Positions 1 to 10,685 of a stretch of 64,000 bases of DNA are shown here, in pieces. The DNA is taken from NCBI GenBank assembly GCA_016188355.1, contig JACPHY010000015.1, forward strand, positions 1,040 to 65,039, read 5' to 3'. The DNA is from Candidatus Uhrbacteria bacterium. GTDB taxonomy: Bacteria; Patescibacteriota; Patescibacteriia; JACPHY01. Every line of letters begins with the position of its first letter. Within the stretch, counting starts at the first letter, position 1. A program made the translations under genes and the position numbers. A model generated the notes under the pieces. It had not been told where the DNA came from and ran no database searches. It saw only the letters and a program-made list of their open reading frames with translations.

Positions 1-1
1 A

Positions 2-352
2 TGGCGCCACGGGCACACATTGCTCGTCAGCGCAGCAATCGCGATCATCGGTACGATCCTCACACGCACCATGCTCCCCCGGGGCGACTGGGTCACGGAT
101 TTCCTGAGTTTCGTCTGCCTCGGCATTGCCGTGGTCTGCACGTGCGCAGGGATCTGCAGCCTGGCGGCGGACGACGCTACCGCGCGCACGATGTTCGAGC
201 GGGATCGATTTGAGGAGCGATACCATTACGGCCTCCATCAAAACGAGCGCCGCAGGCGCGGCGAACCCTGGACGCCCATGTATGCGGACGCACCATCCCC
301 GACCCTAGTAATGGGCTGGACATCCGACGATCGCCCGCTACCCAAAAGCTGA
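2..352 (+). CDS. hypothetical membrane protein (probably 5'-truncated by window edge)
   Basis: Frame open from window start; two hydrophobic segments; stop followed by hairpin 359-389. Confidence 0.55.
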   Translation, partial: WRHGHTLLVSAAIAIIGTILTRTMLPRGDWVTDFLSFVCLGIAVVCTCAGICSLAADDATARTMFERDRFEERYHYGLHQNERRRRGEPWTPMYADAPSPTLVMGWTSDDRPLPKS

Positions 353-358
353 AACGCA

Positions 359-389
359 ATCCCCCGAGGCACGACGTGCCTCGGGGGAT
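359..389. terminator. hairpin between convergent genes
   Basis: Perfect 14-bp stem ATCCCCCGAGGCAC-gac-GTGCCTCGGGGGAT. Confidence 0.7.
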
Positions 390-420
390 ATCCATATGCA
401 CTACTGTAGGCCGCCGCGCA

Positions 421-783
421 TCACGCACGCTGCCCCTCAAGACGTGCCACGCGCGCCGTGAGCTGGTCATAGAGCGCCCGCAATGCAGCAAGCTCGATAT
501 CCACCTTCTGATGCAACTGCACAAAATCGTCCACATGCGCCGCGAGCGTGTTGATACGATCATCCACGCGAGCAAACTCTTCCTTCATTTCCTTTCGCAG
601 GACGCCAAATTCACGATCGATCCCATCGAAACGTTGGTCGACTCGAGCAAAACGCTGGTCAATCTCGTCGAAACGTTGGTCGACTCGAGCAAAACGCTGG
701 TCGATCCCATCGAAGCGCTGATCTATTTTCGTGAAGTGCTCCTGCAGGAATTCGAGGAGCCCTTGTTGTTGTGGCTCTGCCAT
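421..783 (-). CDS. small coiled-coil protein with DQRFxx(I/V) heptad repeats
   Basis: DQRFDGIDQRFARVDQRFDEIDQRFARVDQRFDGID; TATACT 9 nt upstream of ATG 783. Confidence 0.8.
   Translation of the reverse strand: MAEPQQQGLLEFLQEHFTKIDQRFDGIDQRFARVDQRFDEIDQRFARVDQRFDGIDREFGVLRKEMKEEFARVDDRINTLAAHVDDFVQLHQKVDIELAALRALYDQLTARVARLEGQRA
626..702. repeat. 35-bp perfect direct repeat, 42-bp period, inside coiled-coil gene
   Basis: TCGAAACGTTGGTCGACTCGAGCAAAACGCTGGTC at 626-660 and 668-702. Confidence 0.9.
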
Positions 784-829
784 ACGGACACCAGTATACA
801 TTGGTCCCGCCCGCTCGTCCTACGACGCG

Positions 830-3700
830 TCAAGTCCGCATTGCTTCCTTGAGATACTTCCCGGTGATCGACCGTTTCTCCTTTGCAATATCTTTTGGTG
901 TCCCCGCGACCACCACCTCGCCACCATGTACGCCGCCTTCGGGTCCCATATCGATGACCCAATCGGCGCTCTTGATGACATCGAGATTGTGTTCAATGAC
1001 GAGCACCGTATTGCCAACGTCCACCAATTTGCCGAGCACCTTGAGCAGCCGATCGATGTCGGCGAAATGCAGCCCGGTCGTCGGTTCATCCAGAATGTAG
1101 AGCGTGCGACCGGTGGCACGACGAGAAAGCTCCGTTGCGAGTTTAATACGCTGCGCCTCACCACCGGAGAGCGTCGTCGCGGATTGTCCGAGTTTCACGT
1201 AGCCCAATCCCACCTCCTCTAAAATCTCCAGCTTCTCGGCAATCGCGGGGATTGTTGCAAAGAACGCACGCGCCTCTTCGACGGTCATGTTGAGCACGTC
1301 AGAAATGTGCCGGCCCTTGTAATGAATCTCGAGCGCCTCGCGATTGTAGCGCTTCCCGTGGCATTCCTCGCATTCGACGTACACATCCGGAAGGAACTGC
1401 ATTTCAATTTTCACCATGCCGTCGCCCTGGCACGCCTCACAGCGCCCACCGACCACATTGAAACTGAATCGCCCCGCCTTGTATCCGCGCACTTTCGCTT
1501 CCGGCAATTCCGCGTAGAGTTCGCGCATCGGGGTGAAGACGCCCGTATACGTTGCCGGATTTGATCGCGGCGTCCGACCAATCGGCGACTGATCAATATC
1601 AATCACCTTGTCGATATGCTCCACGCCCGTGATGGTTTTATGCTTTCCGGGCGCATCTTTCGCGTTGTAGAACTTCTGATTCAGGAAACGGCTCAAGATA
1701 TCAATCATGAGCGTCGATTTTCCGGAACCCGAAACACCCGTGATGCACACGAGTTTCCCGAGTGGGATCGCCACGTCGACATTCTTCAAATTGTGCTCCG
1801 TCGCGCCTTTGATCGTAATCAATTTCCCATTCCCCCTCCGGTACGCCGCAGGCGATGCGATGGCCAGTGCACCGGACAGATATTTTCCGGTGAGCGACTC
1901 GGGGTGCTTCGCGATTTCTGCTGGCGTCCCCGCGGCAATAATTCTCCCCCCATGCTCACCCGCGCCCGGACCAATATCAATGAGGTAATCCGCGGCGCGC
2001 ATCGTTGCTTCATCGTGCTCCACCACGATCACCGTATTACCGAGATCACGCAATTCCTGGAGCGTCGTGAGTAGTTTGTCGTTATCGCGTTGATGCAATC
2101 CGATAGACGGCTCGTCGAGGATGTAGATCACCCCAGTCAACGCGGAACCAATCTGTGTCGCCAGCCGAATGCGTTGCGCCTCTCCGCCGGAAAGGGTAGA
2201 TGCTGCGCGGTCGAGCGTCAGGTAATCGAGGCCCACGTTCTGGAGGAACGTGAGTCGCGCGGTAATTTCCTTGAGCACGATTGCAGCAATCTTCGCCTCC
2301 CGCGCATCGAGCACGGGCGCATCGTGATGCGTGCGCTTCGCCGTCTTCCCCTTGCCGGTCGTCGGTACTGCATTTTCCGTTGCCCGCGCGAGGGACACGA
2401 AGAATGCGGCTGCATCTTCAATGGAAAGTCCGGTCACCACCGCAATGTTCTTGCCCGCCACGGTCACCGCGAGCGCCTCGGGACGCAGTCGCTCCCCATG
2501 GCACGCCGGGCACGGGGACGAACGCATGTAGTGCTCGATTTCCGAACGGATGTACTCAGAATCCGTTTCCTTGTGCTTCTGCTCGAGATACGGGATCACG
2601 CCCTGGAACCCTCCATCACCATAGAGAATGACGTCGAGCTGCTGCTTCGTGAGATCCTTCACTGGCGTTGCAGTCGTAAACCCATGGACTACCGCAACTC
2701 GCTCGAGCGTTTGGTACATCCAGCTCTGGTTGGCGAACACCTTTGTCCACGGCCGAATCGCACCCTGCGCAATGGTGAGGGTCTTGTTGGGAATAATGAG
2801 ATCCGCATCGAGCTCCAGAAGGGAACCAAGTCCGGAGCAGGTGGGGCATGCCCCATGCGGCGAGTTGAACGAAAAGTTGCGCGGCTCGAGTTCGGGAATA
2901 CTCACTCCGCATGCCGGACAGGAAAACAGTTGCGAGAAGAGGAGCACTTCCTGCTCCTGATCCGCGTCATTGAGCACCGCCGCCACGAGCAACCCATTCG
3001 CAAGGTCCAGTGCGGTTTCCGCAGAATCCGCAATCCGCGAACGCTCCGACGGATCCACAGTGACGCGATCCACCACCACTTCGAGGGAGTGCTTCTTCTG
3101 CTTATCTACCGTCAGGCTCGCCGCCTCATCAATCGTGTAGACCACACCATCGAGGCGCACGCGGGAATACCCCGCTTGATCCACCTTCTTCAAGATCGCC
3201 TTGTGCTCGCCCTTCTGATCGCGAATGAGCGGGGCGAGCAGTAGTACGCGCGTACCCTCTTCGAGCGTGAAGAGTCGATCCACGATTTGATCGATGGTCT
3301 GTCGCACCACCTCACGACCACACTGCGGACAGTGCGGGCGCCCGATGCGCGCGAACAGCAACCGGACGTAATCGTAAATTTCCGTGATCGTGCCGACCGT
3401 GGATCGTGGATTATGCGAGACGGTGCGCTGATCAATGGAAATGGTCGGCGATAATCCCTCGATGCTATCCACGTCCGGCTTGTCCATGACCCCCAAAAAT
3501 TGCCGCGCGTACGCGGACAACGACTCCACGTATCGACGCTGTCCTTCCGCGTAAATGGTATCGAACGCGAGCGACGATTTTCCCGAACCGGACAATCCAG
3601 TGAGCACCGTGAGCTTCCCGCGCGGGATCTCCGCGTTCACGCTCTTCAGGTTGTGCACGCGCGCACCACGAATGGTGATCTTGTCAGGGCCGAAGGACAT
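830..3700 (-). CDS. uvrA: excinuclease ABC subunit A
   Basis: GARVHNLK, two Walker A motifs ([18 protein letters not shown]), LSGGEAQRI twice, CxxC zinc fingers. Confidence 0.98.
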   Translation of the reverse strand: MSFGPDKITIRGARVHNLKSVNAEIPRGKLTVLTGLSGSGKSSLAFDTIYAEGQRRYVESLSAYARQFLGVMDKPDVDSIEGLSPTISIDQRTVSHNPRSTVGTITEIYDYVRLLFARIGRPHCPQCGREVVRQTIDQIVDRLFTLEEGTRVLLLAPLIRDQKGEHKAILKKVDQAGYSRVRLDGVVYTIDEAASLTVDKQKKHSLEVVVDRVTVDPSERSRIADSAETALDLANGLLVAAVLNDADQEQEVLLFSQLFSCPACGVSIPELEPRNFSFNSPHGACPTCSGLGSLLELDADLIIPNKTLTIAQGAIRPWTKVFANQSWMYQTLERVAVVHGFTTATPVKDLTKQQLDVILYGDGGFQGVIPYLEQKHKETDSEYIRSEIEHYMRSSPCPACHGERLRPEALAVTVAGKNIAVVTGLSIEDAAAFFVSLARATENAVPTTGKGKTAKRTHHDAPVLDAREAKIAAIVLKEITARLTFLQNVGLDYLTLDRAASTLSGGEAQRIRLATQIGSALTGVIYILDEPSIGLHQRDNDKLLTTLQELRDLGNTVIVVEHDEATMRAADYLIDIGPGAGEHGGRIIAAGTPAEIAKHPESLTGKYLSGALAIASPAAYRRGNGKLITIKGATEHNLKNVDVAIPLGKLVCITGVSGSGKSTLMIDILSRFLNQKFYNAKDAPGKHKTITGVEHIDKVIDIDQSPIGRTPRSNPATYTGVFTPMRELYAELPEAKVRGYKAGRFSFNVVGGRCEACQGDGMVKIEMQFLPDVYVECEECHGKRYNREALEIHYKGRHISDVLNMTVEEARAFFATIPAIAEKLEILEEVGLGYVKLGQSATTLSGGEAQRIKLATELSRRATGRTLYILDEPTTGLHFADIDRLLKVLGKLVDVGNTVLVIEHNLDVIKSADWVIDMGPEGGVHGGEVVVAGTPKDIAKEKRSITGKYLKEAMRT

Positions 3701-3852
3701 AGCATTGGGGTGGAGGAAGGCGCCGCGGGTATTCCCCGCGCACCACAAAGCAGGCGTTCCGCCCGCACGTACGGGCTTGGAACGCTCAAATCAAGAGAAC
3801 CCATGGCTTCCAGAATAGATTCCTCCGGAAGACGCGTCAAGCAGTATCCAAA

Positions 3853-5160
3853 TTAACGATCATCGAAGTTGGCCCGGGTCACATTGAGATCACAGCGCAC
3901 CACGGGTGCCCCGGGTTTCTGGAATAACGCGTCCACTACTTCGCCGACTCCAAAAAACTCCTCCGCTGGAATTGCCAACCAATCGGATGCAGTAAAATCA
4001 TCGAAATCTGTTTCCCCTCCCTTGCTCTCGATGGGCCTCGCCTCTCCGGAGCAGGATTTCTTGCCCACGAGAAAGAAATCATCGCTGCCAGAACCAAAGG
4101 TTCCGCCCTCATCATTCACCTCTGCCGCCAATAAAAATCCACGCACCGCCTGACTGCGCTCGGTCAATGAGAGTGTGTTATATGACTTCCCGTTCACCGT
4201 ACAGGGCATTCCCCCTAATCCCTGAATTGCAGACTGCACCGCGAACGCATACGCCTGCTTCGCGTGCCGATCGTCCGCGTCGACCACGTCCACATCGTCC
4301 ACGGTCCATGTTCTTCCATCCGCGCACACCCCCATGAGCCGGATATTATTATCAATGAATGCGTCGCCATCATTGGTAATGGTTCCCCCAAATGCCCCTT
4401 TCTTGCAGGGATTCGGATCCGACGAATCAATTGGCAAACACACCTCCCCGCTTGGGCACACGTCACCCGTACATTGACCAGACGACGCACCGATCACGGT
4501 GAATATCTGCCCGCACTTCAGCTGGGATCGATCGGTAACGATTGATCCATTCGGACCGAATTTACGAATCTCGACCTCCCGTGGAAGACTCGAACAAAAC
4601 TTTTGACCAGTCGCAATCGGACGGAGCATCATCGTCCGCGGCAACGAGAGTTGCACGAGATCCGGGTTGATAGTTTGCAGTAATACGTACGACCCAATCG
4701 ACAAGAGGAGACCGATGAGCGCATTCCGAATCCACTGCTTCGCCGTATCAATACGCCCGGCACCCGCCGAAGTGATCCACATGAGCCCGCCCGCCATGAT
4801 CACCACCACCGCAAGGATCGCAGCGAATCGCACGAGCCACACGTACGCCAATACAATGTACTGACGGAGATCCGAAACCTCGCGCACATCCTCACCCCTT
4901 GGCGTCGCGAGGTGAATCTGCAACGCAACACGCTTTCCTGCGTAGCAATGCCCCCACTCCACACCACCACAGCCCTCCACCGCCTTCTCCCAATGCGTTT
5001 CCAGTGGTCCCAGATTCGCATGCGCGCATTGTTTCTCGGTCCAACACACGGGATTTTGCGCAGGAGCAACATCCGCTTGTCCGGGCAGCGGTCGCACCAT
5101 CGCTCCCAGCACCGCAAAAAATAGGATAATCCGCCACGTGCGATGCATACGCGATGTCAC
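3853..5160 (-). CDS. Cys-rich protein with TrbC/VirB2-like (CPR T4SS-type) pilin domain
   Basis: Signal peptide; AAILAVVVIMAGGLMWITSAG...AKQWIRNALIGLLL...LLQTINPDL pilin signature; 14 Cys. Confidence 0.8.
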   Translation of the reverse strand: MTSRMHRTWRIILFFAVLGAMVRPLPGQADVAPAQNPVCWTEKQCAHANLGPLETHWEKAVEGCGGVEWGHCYAGKRVALQIHLATPRGEDVREVSDLRQYIVLAYVWLVRFAAILAVVVIMAGGLMWITSAGAGRIDTAKQWIRNALIGLLLSIGSYVLLQTINPDLVQLSLPRTMMLRPIATGQKFCSSLPREVEIRKFGPNGSIVTDRSQLKCGQIFTVIGASSGQCTGDVCPSGEVCLPIDSSDPNPCKKGAFGGTITNDGDAFIDNNIRLMGVCADGRTWTVDDVDVVDADDRHAKQAYAFAVQSAIQGLGGMPCTVNGKSYNTLSLTERSQAVRGFLLAAEVNDEGGTFGSGSDDFFLVGKKSCSGEARPIESKGGETDFDDFTASDWLAIPAEEFFGVGEVVDALFQKPGAPVVRCDLNVTRANFDDR

Positions 5161-5894
5161 TGCGGGTTATGCAAAAAATGATCCAACACCCGGAACAACG
5201 CTTCTCGGGGGATCACGCCTTCCACGCGCCGCGCATGCGCCGTATCGTTGCCGAGCACAAAAAACCAGGTCGGCGTTCCGCGGACACCGAGCTTCTGACC
5301 CGCCTCCACGTCTGCAGCCACCTCTGCGGCGAAGCGCCCGGAACTCAAGCACACATCAAACTGTTGCCCATCCAAACCGACCGCCCGTGCATACTTCCGC
5401 AGCGATGCATCATCCAAAATGCCCGCATGCGCAAAGAGCTTGTCGTGATACGCCCAAAACTTGCCCTGCGCATGCGCACACTGCCCCGCCTCCGCGGCAC
5501 GGCGCGCAAATTCATGGAGGGAATCGACCGGAAAATCGCGATACACTACCCGAAGGCGATTCCCGTATCGCGCCATCGCCTCACGAATGACCGGGAACGC
5601 ACGCAGAGAAAATGGGCACTGGAAATCACTGAACTCCACAATCGTCAGGCGCGCATCCGTAGCACCCATGGACGGATCATCGTCCGTGATGATCGGCACA
5701 TTCGGATCAATCGTCACCGGCACCGCGCCCGATTGCGCCTCCGTAAACTCCGAAGTACGTAACACCTCTACCGAAGTGGCACGCGGCACCGCCACACGGC
5801 GCGATACAATCAAAAACCAGCCGCCCAATGCCCCCGTGCTCCCCACATACACCAACAACGCAATGCCCCACCATCGGCGATACCATGAACGCAT
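5157..5894 (-). CDS. membrane-anchored DsbA-like thioredoxin-fold protein (CxxS variant)
   Basis: IVEFSDFQCPFS, YRDFP, GVRGTPTWF cis-Pro loop; N-terminal TM. Confidence 0.9.
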   Translation of the reverse strand: MRSWYRRWWGIALLVYVGSTGALGGWFLIVSRRVAVPRATSVEVLRTSEFTEAQSGAVPVTIDPNVPIITDDDPSMGATDARLTIVEFSDFQCPFSLRAFPVIREAMARYGNRLRVVYRDFPVDSLHEFARRAAEAGQCAHAQGKFWAYHDKLFAHAGILDDASLRKYARAVGLDGQQFDVCLSSGRFAAEVAADVEAGQKLGVRGTPTWFFVLGNDTAHARRVEGVIPREALFRVLDHFLHNPQ

Positions 5895-6178
5895 ACATCA
5901 ACGAATCGTTGCCTCTCCGGGAGGCGAGGGACGCAAACCAACCGTACGCACTTGCAGTGTATCATTCTTGCATTTCCCATTCCCAATAATCACGCCTCGT
6001 CAGGACGTGATCATCCCACAGAACAACAGGAGCGCAATGGGTGCTGTCCGTGGATGAGCAACGGGCATATTTCCGGATACCAAGGATTCCGCTTTTATTG
6101 ACACACCACACCAACCAATGATATGGTTTTGGGGTGAGGCATCACGCCTCTTTTTGCTATTCCCGTACTCTGGCTGAT

Positions 6179-6394
6179 ATGTCCGCCCTCCGCATTCTTC
6201 AAGTACTTAGCGCCATTTTGCTCATCGTGGTCGTCCTCCTCCAGCAACGCGGCACCGGCCTCGGCAGCTCGTTTGGCGGTGACAGCACCTCCTATCGCAC
6301 CATCCGTGGTCTCGAACGCACCCTTGCCGTGATCACCGCAGCACTCGCAGTCATCTTCTTTGGCAGCGCACTCGCGCAAATCGCGCTTTCGTAA
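6179..6394 (+). CDS. secG: preprotein translocase subunit SecG
   Basis: VLLQQRGTGLGSSFGG...RGLER with two TM helices. Confidence 0.92.
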   Translation: MSALRILQVLSAILLIVVVLLQQRGTGLGSSFGGDSTSYRTIRGLERTLAVITAALAVIFFGSALAQIALS

Positions 6395-6437
6395 TACCCA
6401 CAATCCTCTCCGCCGCTGCCCCTGACTCCTCGTCGTT

Positions 6438-6524
6438 GTCATTGCGAGGAGTCCTCGACGAAACCATCCCACGCCATGCACCGGTAATGCTGCGCGCGCG
6501 ATTGTTTCGAGGACTCGCAATGAC
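6438..6524. repeat. REP/RPE-like palindromic element
   Basis: Terminal inverted repeats GTCATTGCGAG...CTCGCAATGAC with internal GTCCTCGA/TCGAGGAC pairing. Confidence 0.7.
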
Positions 6525-6539
6525 CGGCTCCATCTCATC

Positions 6540-8426
6540 ATGCCTCTTGCCGATCGCATTCGACACGTACTCCGATCGTTCCCTCTTCCCTCTGCACGAC
6601 AATTGCTCCGCCTCCCGACGGTCCTCGATGCACGGGAACGCATGCGCGCCATCGCCGGTATCGTAGCGCTGCTCACGGGCGGTGCCCTGCTATTCTATTC
6701 GTGGTACGAACGCACCACAGTGGAAGCTCCCGCAATCGGTGGTACCTACGTGGAGGGATTAGTTGGCGAACCACGATTCGTCAATCCTATTTTTGCGATG
6801 GCGAATGATGTGGATGCGGATCTCGCGCGACTCATCTATTCCGGTCTCTTCCGCACCGATCGCACGGGTGCAGTGGTCCCTGATCTCGCGGAGCGATACG
6901 AACTTTCTGACGACGGAAAATCCCTCACCGTCCAGCTCAAGGATGGTCTCCGTTGGCACGATGGCGCGCTCCTCACCGCGAGCGACGTGGTCTTCACCAT
7001 GAATCTCATTGAGGATCCGAATGCCGGAAGCCCGCTCCGCGGCAGTTTCCGCGGCGTGACGGTCGAGCGCGTAGATGATCGCACGGTACGATTCACCATT
7101 GAGCGACCGCTTGCCATTTTCCTGAGCGCGCTCACGGTGGGCATTCTCCCGGAGCATGTTTGGGTGGATATTCCGCCCAGTCATCTTCCCCTTGCCGAAA
7201 TGAACCTCCGACCAGTGGGTTCGGGTCCATTCGCATTTGTGGGACTCACAAAAGATCGGCGCGGCAGCATTCGTTCATATACCGTCGAACGCTACCCGGG
7301 ATACCACGACATCCCCGCTCGCATCGCGCGTATCACCTTCCGGCTCTACGGGAGCACCTCAGAGCTCCTCACCGCGTTCAATGGCCGAGAGGTAGACGGC
7401 ATCGGAACGCTGGTTCCCATGGGAGCGGCAGCGATCACGCGACACGACATCACCCGCTACCCCGTACATCTCCCACAAACAACGGCAATGTTCTTGAACG
7501 AAAAACGTGCACCGGCGCTCCGCGATACCGCGGTCCGACGCGCGCTCTCCATTGCCATTGATCGACGCACGCTCCTCACGGATGCACTCAACGGCGCTGG
7601 CACATTAGTGGGAGGACCACTCATTCCTGGATTTAGTCCAATTGCCGATCCTCCCGCACCAGATCCTTTCGATGCCGCCGGCGCAGCAACTGCGCTCGAT
7701 CGTGCGAAATGGGAACGCGTGGACACTGCGGCAATCATTCAAGCAAAAATTCGTTCTGCGCTCCTCGCACTAGAGGCCGCGAAGGCGAAAGCGGGCAAGA
7801 AGAAAAAAGAACTCGCCGCGACAGACGAGGAGCGAAAACAAATCGGGGATCGCATCCGGGCGGAGGTGACGGAAACGCAGCCGTACTATCGCCTTCGGAA
7901 TGGCACCGTGCTCGAAGTGACCATCACCACCCCCGATGCACCGGAATTCGTTGCCATCGCAGAACGCGTCCGTGACGCGTGGCGTGCTATTGGCGTCCGT
8001 GCAACCGTTGATGCGGTCTCCATTGAACGCATCCGCGGAGACGCCATTCCGAATCGGGCGTACGATGCACTCCTCTTCAGTCAAATTCTCGGTCCCGATC
8101 CCGACCCCTTCCCCTTCTGGCACTCCTCGCAAGTACGCCACCCCGGACTCAATCTCTCCTTCTTCTCCAATAAGGCAATCGATAAGGCACTCGAGGATGC
8201 ACGCGGCACGCTCGACCGCTCCGTGCGTGGACAGAAATACCAGGAATTCCAGCGACTCCTCGCCGAGGAGCGGCCTGCTATTTTCCTCATGACCCCCTCA
8301 CTCTCCTACGTCGTCAGCAATGCCGTCCGCGGCATCACCCTGGAGCAACCCACACAACCCACCGACCGATTCGCCACCATCACCGAATGGTATACTGAGG
8401 TGCAACGGGTGCGTAGGAAGAACTGA
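6540..8426 (+). CDS. ABC transporter substrate-binding protein, family 5 (peptide-type)
   Basis: VPDLAERYELSDDGK, LRWHDG..LTASDVVFT, PVGSGPF, DPFPFWHSSQ. Confidence 0.92.
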   Translation: MPLADRIRHVLRSFPLPSARQLLRLPTVLDARERMRAIAGIVALLTGGALLFYSWYERTTVEAPAIGGTYVEGLVGEPRFVNPIFAMANDVDADLARLIYSGLFRTDRTGAVVPDLAERYELSDDGKSLTVQLKDGLRWHDGALLTASDVVFTMNLIEDPNAGSPLRGSFRGVTVERVDDRTVRFTIERPLAIFLSALTVGILPEHVWVDIPPSHLPLAEMNLRPVGSGPFAFVGLTKDRRGSIRSYTVERYPGYHDIPARIARITFRLYGSTSELLTAFNGREVDGIGTLVPMGAAAITRHDITRYPVHLPQTTAMFLNEKRAPALRDTAVRRALSIAIDRRTLLTDALNGAGTLVGGPLIPGFSPIADPPAPDPFDAAGAATALDRAKWERVDTAAIIQAKIRSALLALEAAKAKAGKKKKELAATDEERKQIGDRIRAEVTETQPYYRLRNGTVLEVTITTPDAPEFVAIAERVRDAWRAIGVRATVDAVSIERIRGDAIPNRAYDALLFSQILGPDPDPFPFWHSSQVRHPGLNLSFFSNKAIDKALEDARGTLDRSVRGQKYQEFQRLLAEERPAIFLMTPSLSYVVSNAVRGITLEQPTQPTDRFATITEWYTEVQRVRRKN

Positions 8427-8442
8427 AGACGATCACTTTCGA

Positions 8443-8525
8443 GCCGCGGTGGTGGAATGGCAGACACGCATGGTTCAGGGCCATGTGCCCGCAAGGGCAT
8501 GGGGGTTCAAGTCCCCCCCGCGGCA
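8443..8525 (+). tRNA. tRNA-Leu(CAG), CCA not encoded
   Basis: GCCGCGG/CCGCGGC acceptor stem, CATGG-TTCAGGG-CCATG anticodon arm, long variable arm, GGTTCAAGTCC T-loop. Confidence 0.97.
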
Positions 8526-8526
8526 A

Positions 8527-8688
8527 AGACATCGTGGAGGAACCTCCCCCACTCCGCTCCTGAACGGAGCTTCGCGGGGCAAGCCGGTTTCCCTCCCGTG
8601 CCCCCTTCCCTCCAGACGGACGAAGCAACCCTACGGCCGCCTGCCCCGCGAAGCGCTGCGCGAAGTGGGGCTGCGCTCGGGCATCGGA
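8527..8688 (+). repeat. tRNA-linked structured repeat, copy 1
   Basis: About 70 nt near-identical to the sequence after tRNA-Arg; internal inverted repeat 8569-8584/8639-8654. Confidence 0.85.
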
Positions 8689-8852
8689 AACCGAAAATTC
8701 GGACAGCAGACACCACGATTCCGTCTCATCTTTTAGATTTTCGAAACGCGCAATTTCCTTTTCATTTTCCATTCGACATTCTTTTTCTTCGCGCCGCTGC
8801 GTTTGTTGCGGATCCTCGATCTGCGCTCGCGTGCCGGACGCGCACTGTATTC

Positions 8853-10670
8853 ATGTCTCCTATTGCTCCTGCCGTTCCCCCATCTCCTGCGGCTCTCACC
8901 GCACCCATGGGATCGCGTCTCCGACGACGCGGCGCCCGACCACCGCATCGTGGCCGACCACGACCCGTACCACAAGCCGCTGCAGTGCCCACGGAACACG
9001 CACGTGACGTCCTCCGCGTCATTCCGATTGGCGGCTGTGACGAAGTCGGGAAAAACATGACCATCCTCGAGTACGGGAATGATATCCTCATCATGGACAT
9101 GGGGGTCATGTTCCCCGAGGAAGACATGCCCGGAGTGGACTTCATCATTCCGAACATCAAGTACCTCAAGGGGAAAGAGAAGAACATTCGCGGCATCTGT
9201 ATCACCCACGGCCACTTCGACCACATTGGTGCCGTGAGCTATCTCGCGCCGCGCCTCGGGAACCCGCCCATCTTCGGCACACCCCTTACCCTCGCGCTCA
9301 TCAAAAAGCGCCACGAGGAATTCCGAGTGCAGCCGCTCCGGCTCCATCCCATTCATCCCGGAGAACAAATCCAGCTCGGCTGCTTCCGCGTGGAGGCATT
9401 CTACGAGAGCCACAACATTCCGGATTCCGTTGGACTCATCGTCCAAACACCGCACGGCATCGTCGTGAATACGGGTGACTTCAAATTTGACCTCGCCCCG
9501 CTCGGCACCACCCCCGGCGATATCGCAAAGGTGGCCGCACTCGCCGATAAGCACGTGCTCGCGCTCCTCTCCGATTCCACCGCCGCCGAAAAACCGGGGC
9601 ACCAAATCTCGGAGTCGGAGATCACAAAAACCCTCGACCAAATCGTCAAGGATTCTCCGGGGCGCATTATCGTGGGCCTCTTCTCGACGCTCCTCTCGCG
9701 CATCCAGCAGCTCCTCTGGATTGCCGAGAAGCACAATCGCAAAGTCGCGATCGAGGGGTTCTCCATGAAAACGAACATTGAAATCGCGCGCGAACTTCGG
9801 TACATGCAATACCCGAAGGGGCTCATCATAGAAACCGCCGAACTCCTGAAACTCCCTCCGGAGCACCAGATGTTCCTCGTGACCGGCGCCATGGGACAGG
9901 ACCGTGCCGCGCTCATGCGCATCGCGAATCGGGAACACCAGCTCCTGGAGATTGAACCAGGCGACACCGTCATCTTCTCGTCCTCCGTGATTCCGGGAAC
10001 AGAGCGCTCCGTGCAGCGCCTCAAGGACAACGTGGCACGACAGGGCGCGAACGTCATTCACTATCAGATGATGGACGTGCACTCCGGTGGACACGGACTG
10101 CAGGATGACCTGAAGCTCATGATTAAGCTCGTGAATCCGCAGTACTTCATTCCCGTGCACGGCAACTACTCCTTCCTCGTGACCCACGGCAAACTCGCGC
10201 AGCAGGTCGGCATCCCCAAGGAAAACGTGCTCATTCCGGAGAATGGTCGCGTGATCACCTTTGACCGCACCGGTGGCCGCATGACCAACGAACGCGTGCC
10301 CGCGGAACACGTTATGGTGGATGGACTCGGCGTCGGCGACGTCTCCGAAGTCGTGCTCCGCGATCGTCAGCAGCTTGCGGAGGACGGCATGCTCGTCATC
10401 ATCGCCACCATCGAACGGGAAACCGGCGCACTCGCCACGAACCCCGATCTCATCTCCCGCGGATTCGTCCACCTCAAAGAATCAAAACCGCTCCTCGAGG
10501 TGGTACGGCAGAAGGTGCGGGAAATCGTGGAATCCAGTGGAGACGCAAAATCTCGCAGCGGCCCTATCGAGCCCTATCTCCGCACAAAGATCCGCGACGA
10601 AATCGGTAACTTCCTGTTCCAAAAAACAGAACGCCGCCCAATGATTCTGCCCGTGGTCATCGAAGTATAA
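8853..10670 (+). CDS. rnj: ribonuclease J
   Basis: PIGGCDEVGKNMT, THGHFDHIG, HNIPD, GDFK, VHSGGH, ERRPMILPVVIEV. Confidence 0.96.
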   Translation: MSPIAPAVPPSPAALTAPMGSRLRRRGARPPHRGRPRPVPQAAAVPTEHARDVLRVIPIGGCDEVGKNMTILEYGNDILIMDMGVMFPEEDMPGVDFIIPNIKYLKGKEKNIRGICITHGHFDHIGAVSYLAPRLGNPPIFGTPLTLALIKKRHEEFRVQPLRLHPIHPGEQIQLGCFRVEAFYESHNIPDSVGLIVQTPHGIVVNTGDFKFDLAPLGTTPGDIAKVAALADKHVLALLSDSTAAEKPGHQISESEITKTLDQIVKDSPGRIIVGLFSTLLSRIQQLLWIAEKHNRKVAIEGFSMKTNIEIARELRYMQYPKGLIIETAELLKLPPEHQMFLVTGAMGQDRAALMRIANREHQLLEIEPGDTVIFSSSVIPGTERSVQRLKDNVARQGANVIHYQMMDVHSGGHGLQDDLKLMIKLVNPQYFIPVHGNYSFLVTHGKLAQQVGIPKENVLIPENGRVITFDRTGGRMTNERVPAEHVMVDGLGVGDVSEVVLRDRQQLAEDGMLVIIATIERETGALATNPDLISRGFVHLKESKPLLEVVRQKVREIVESSGDAKSRSGPIEPYLRTKIRDEIGNFLFQKTERRPMILPVVIEV

Positions 10671-10685
10671 ATCCGCACCGAACAC

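Noticed and set aside
8457..8852. N-terminal 132-aa extension of the RNase J ORF
   Set aside because: Overlaps tRNA-Leu and the repeat; ATG 8853 is the plausible start
8733..10472. 579-aa antisense ORF
   Set aside because: Shadow of rnj, expected at high GC; no motifs
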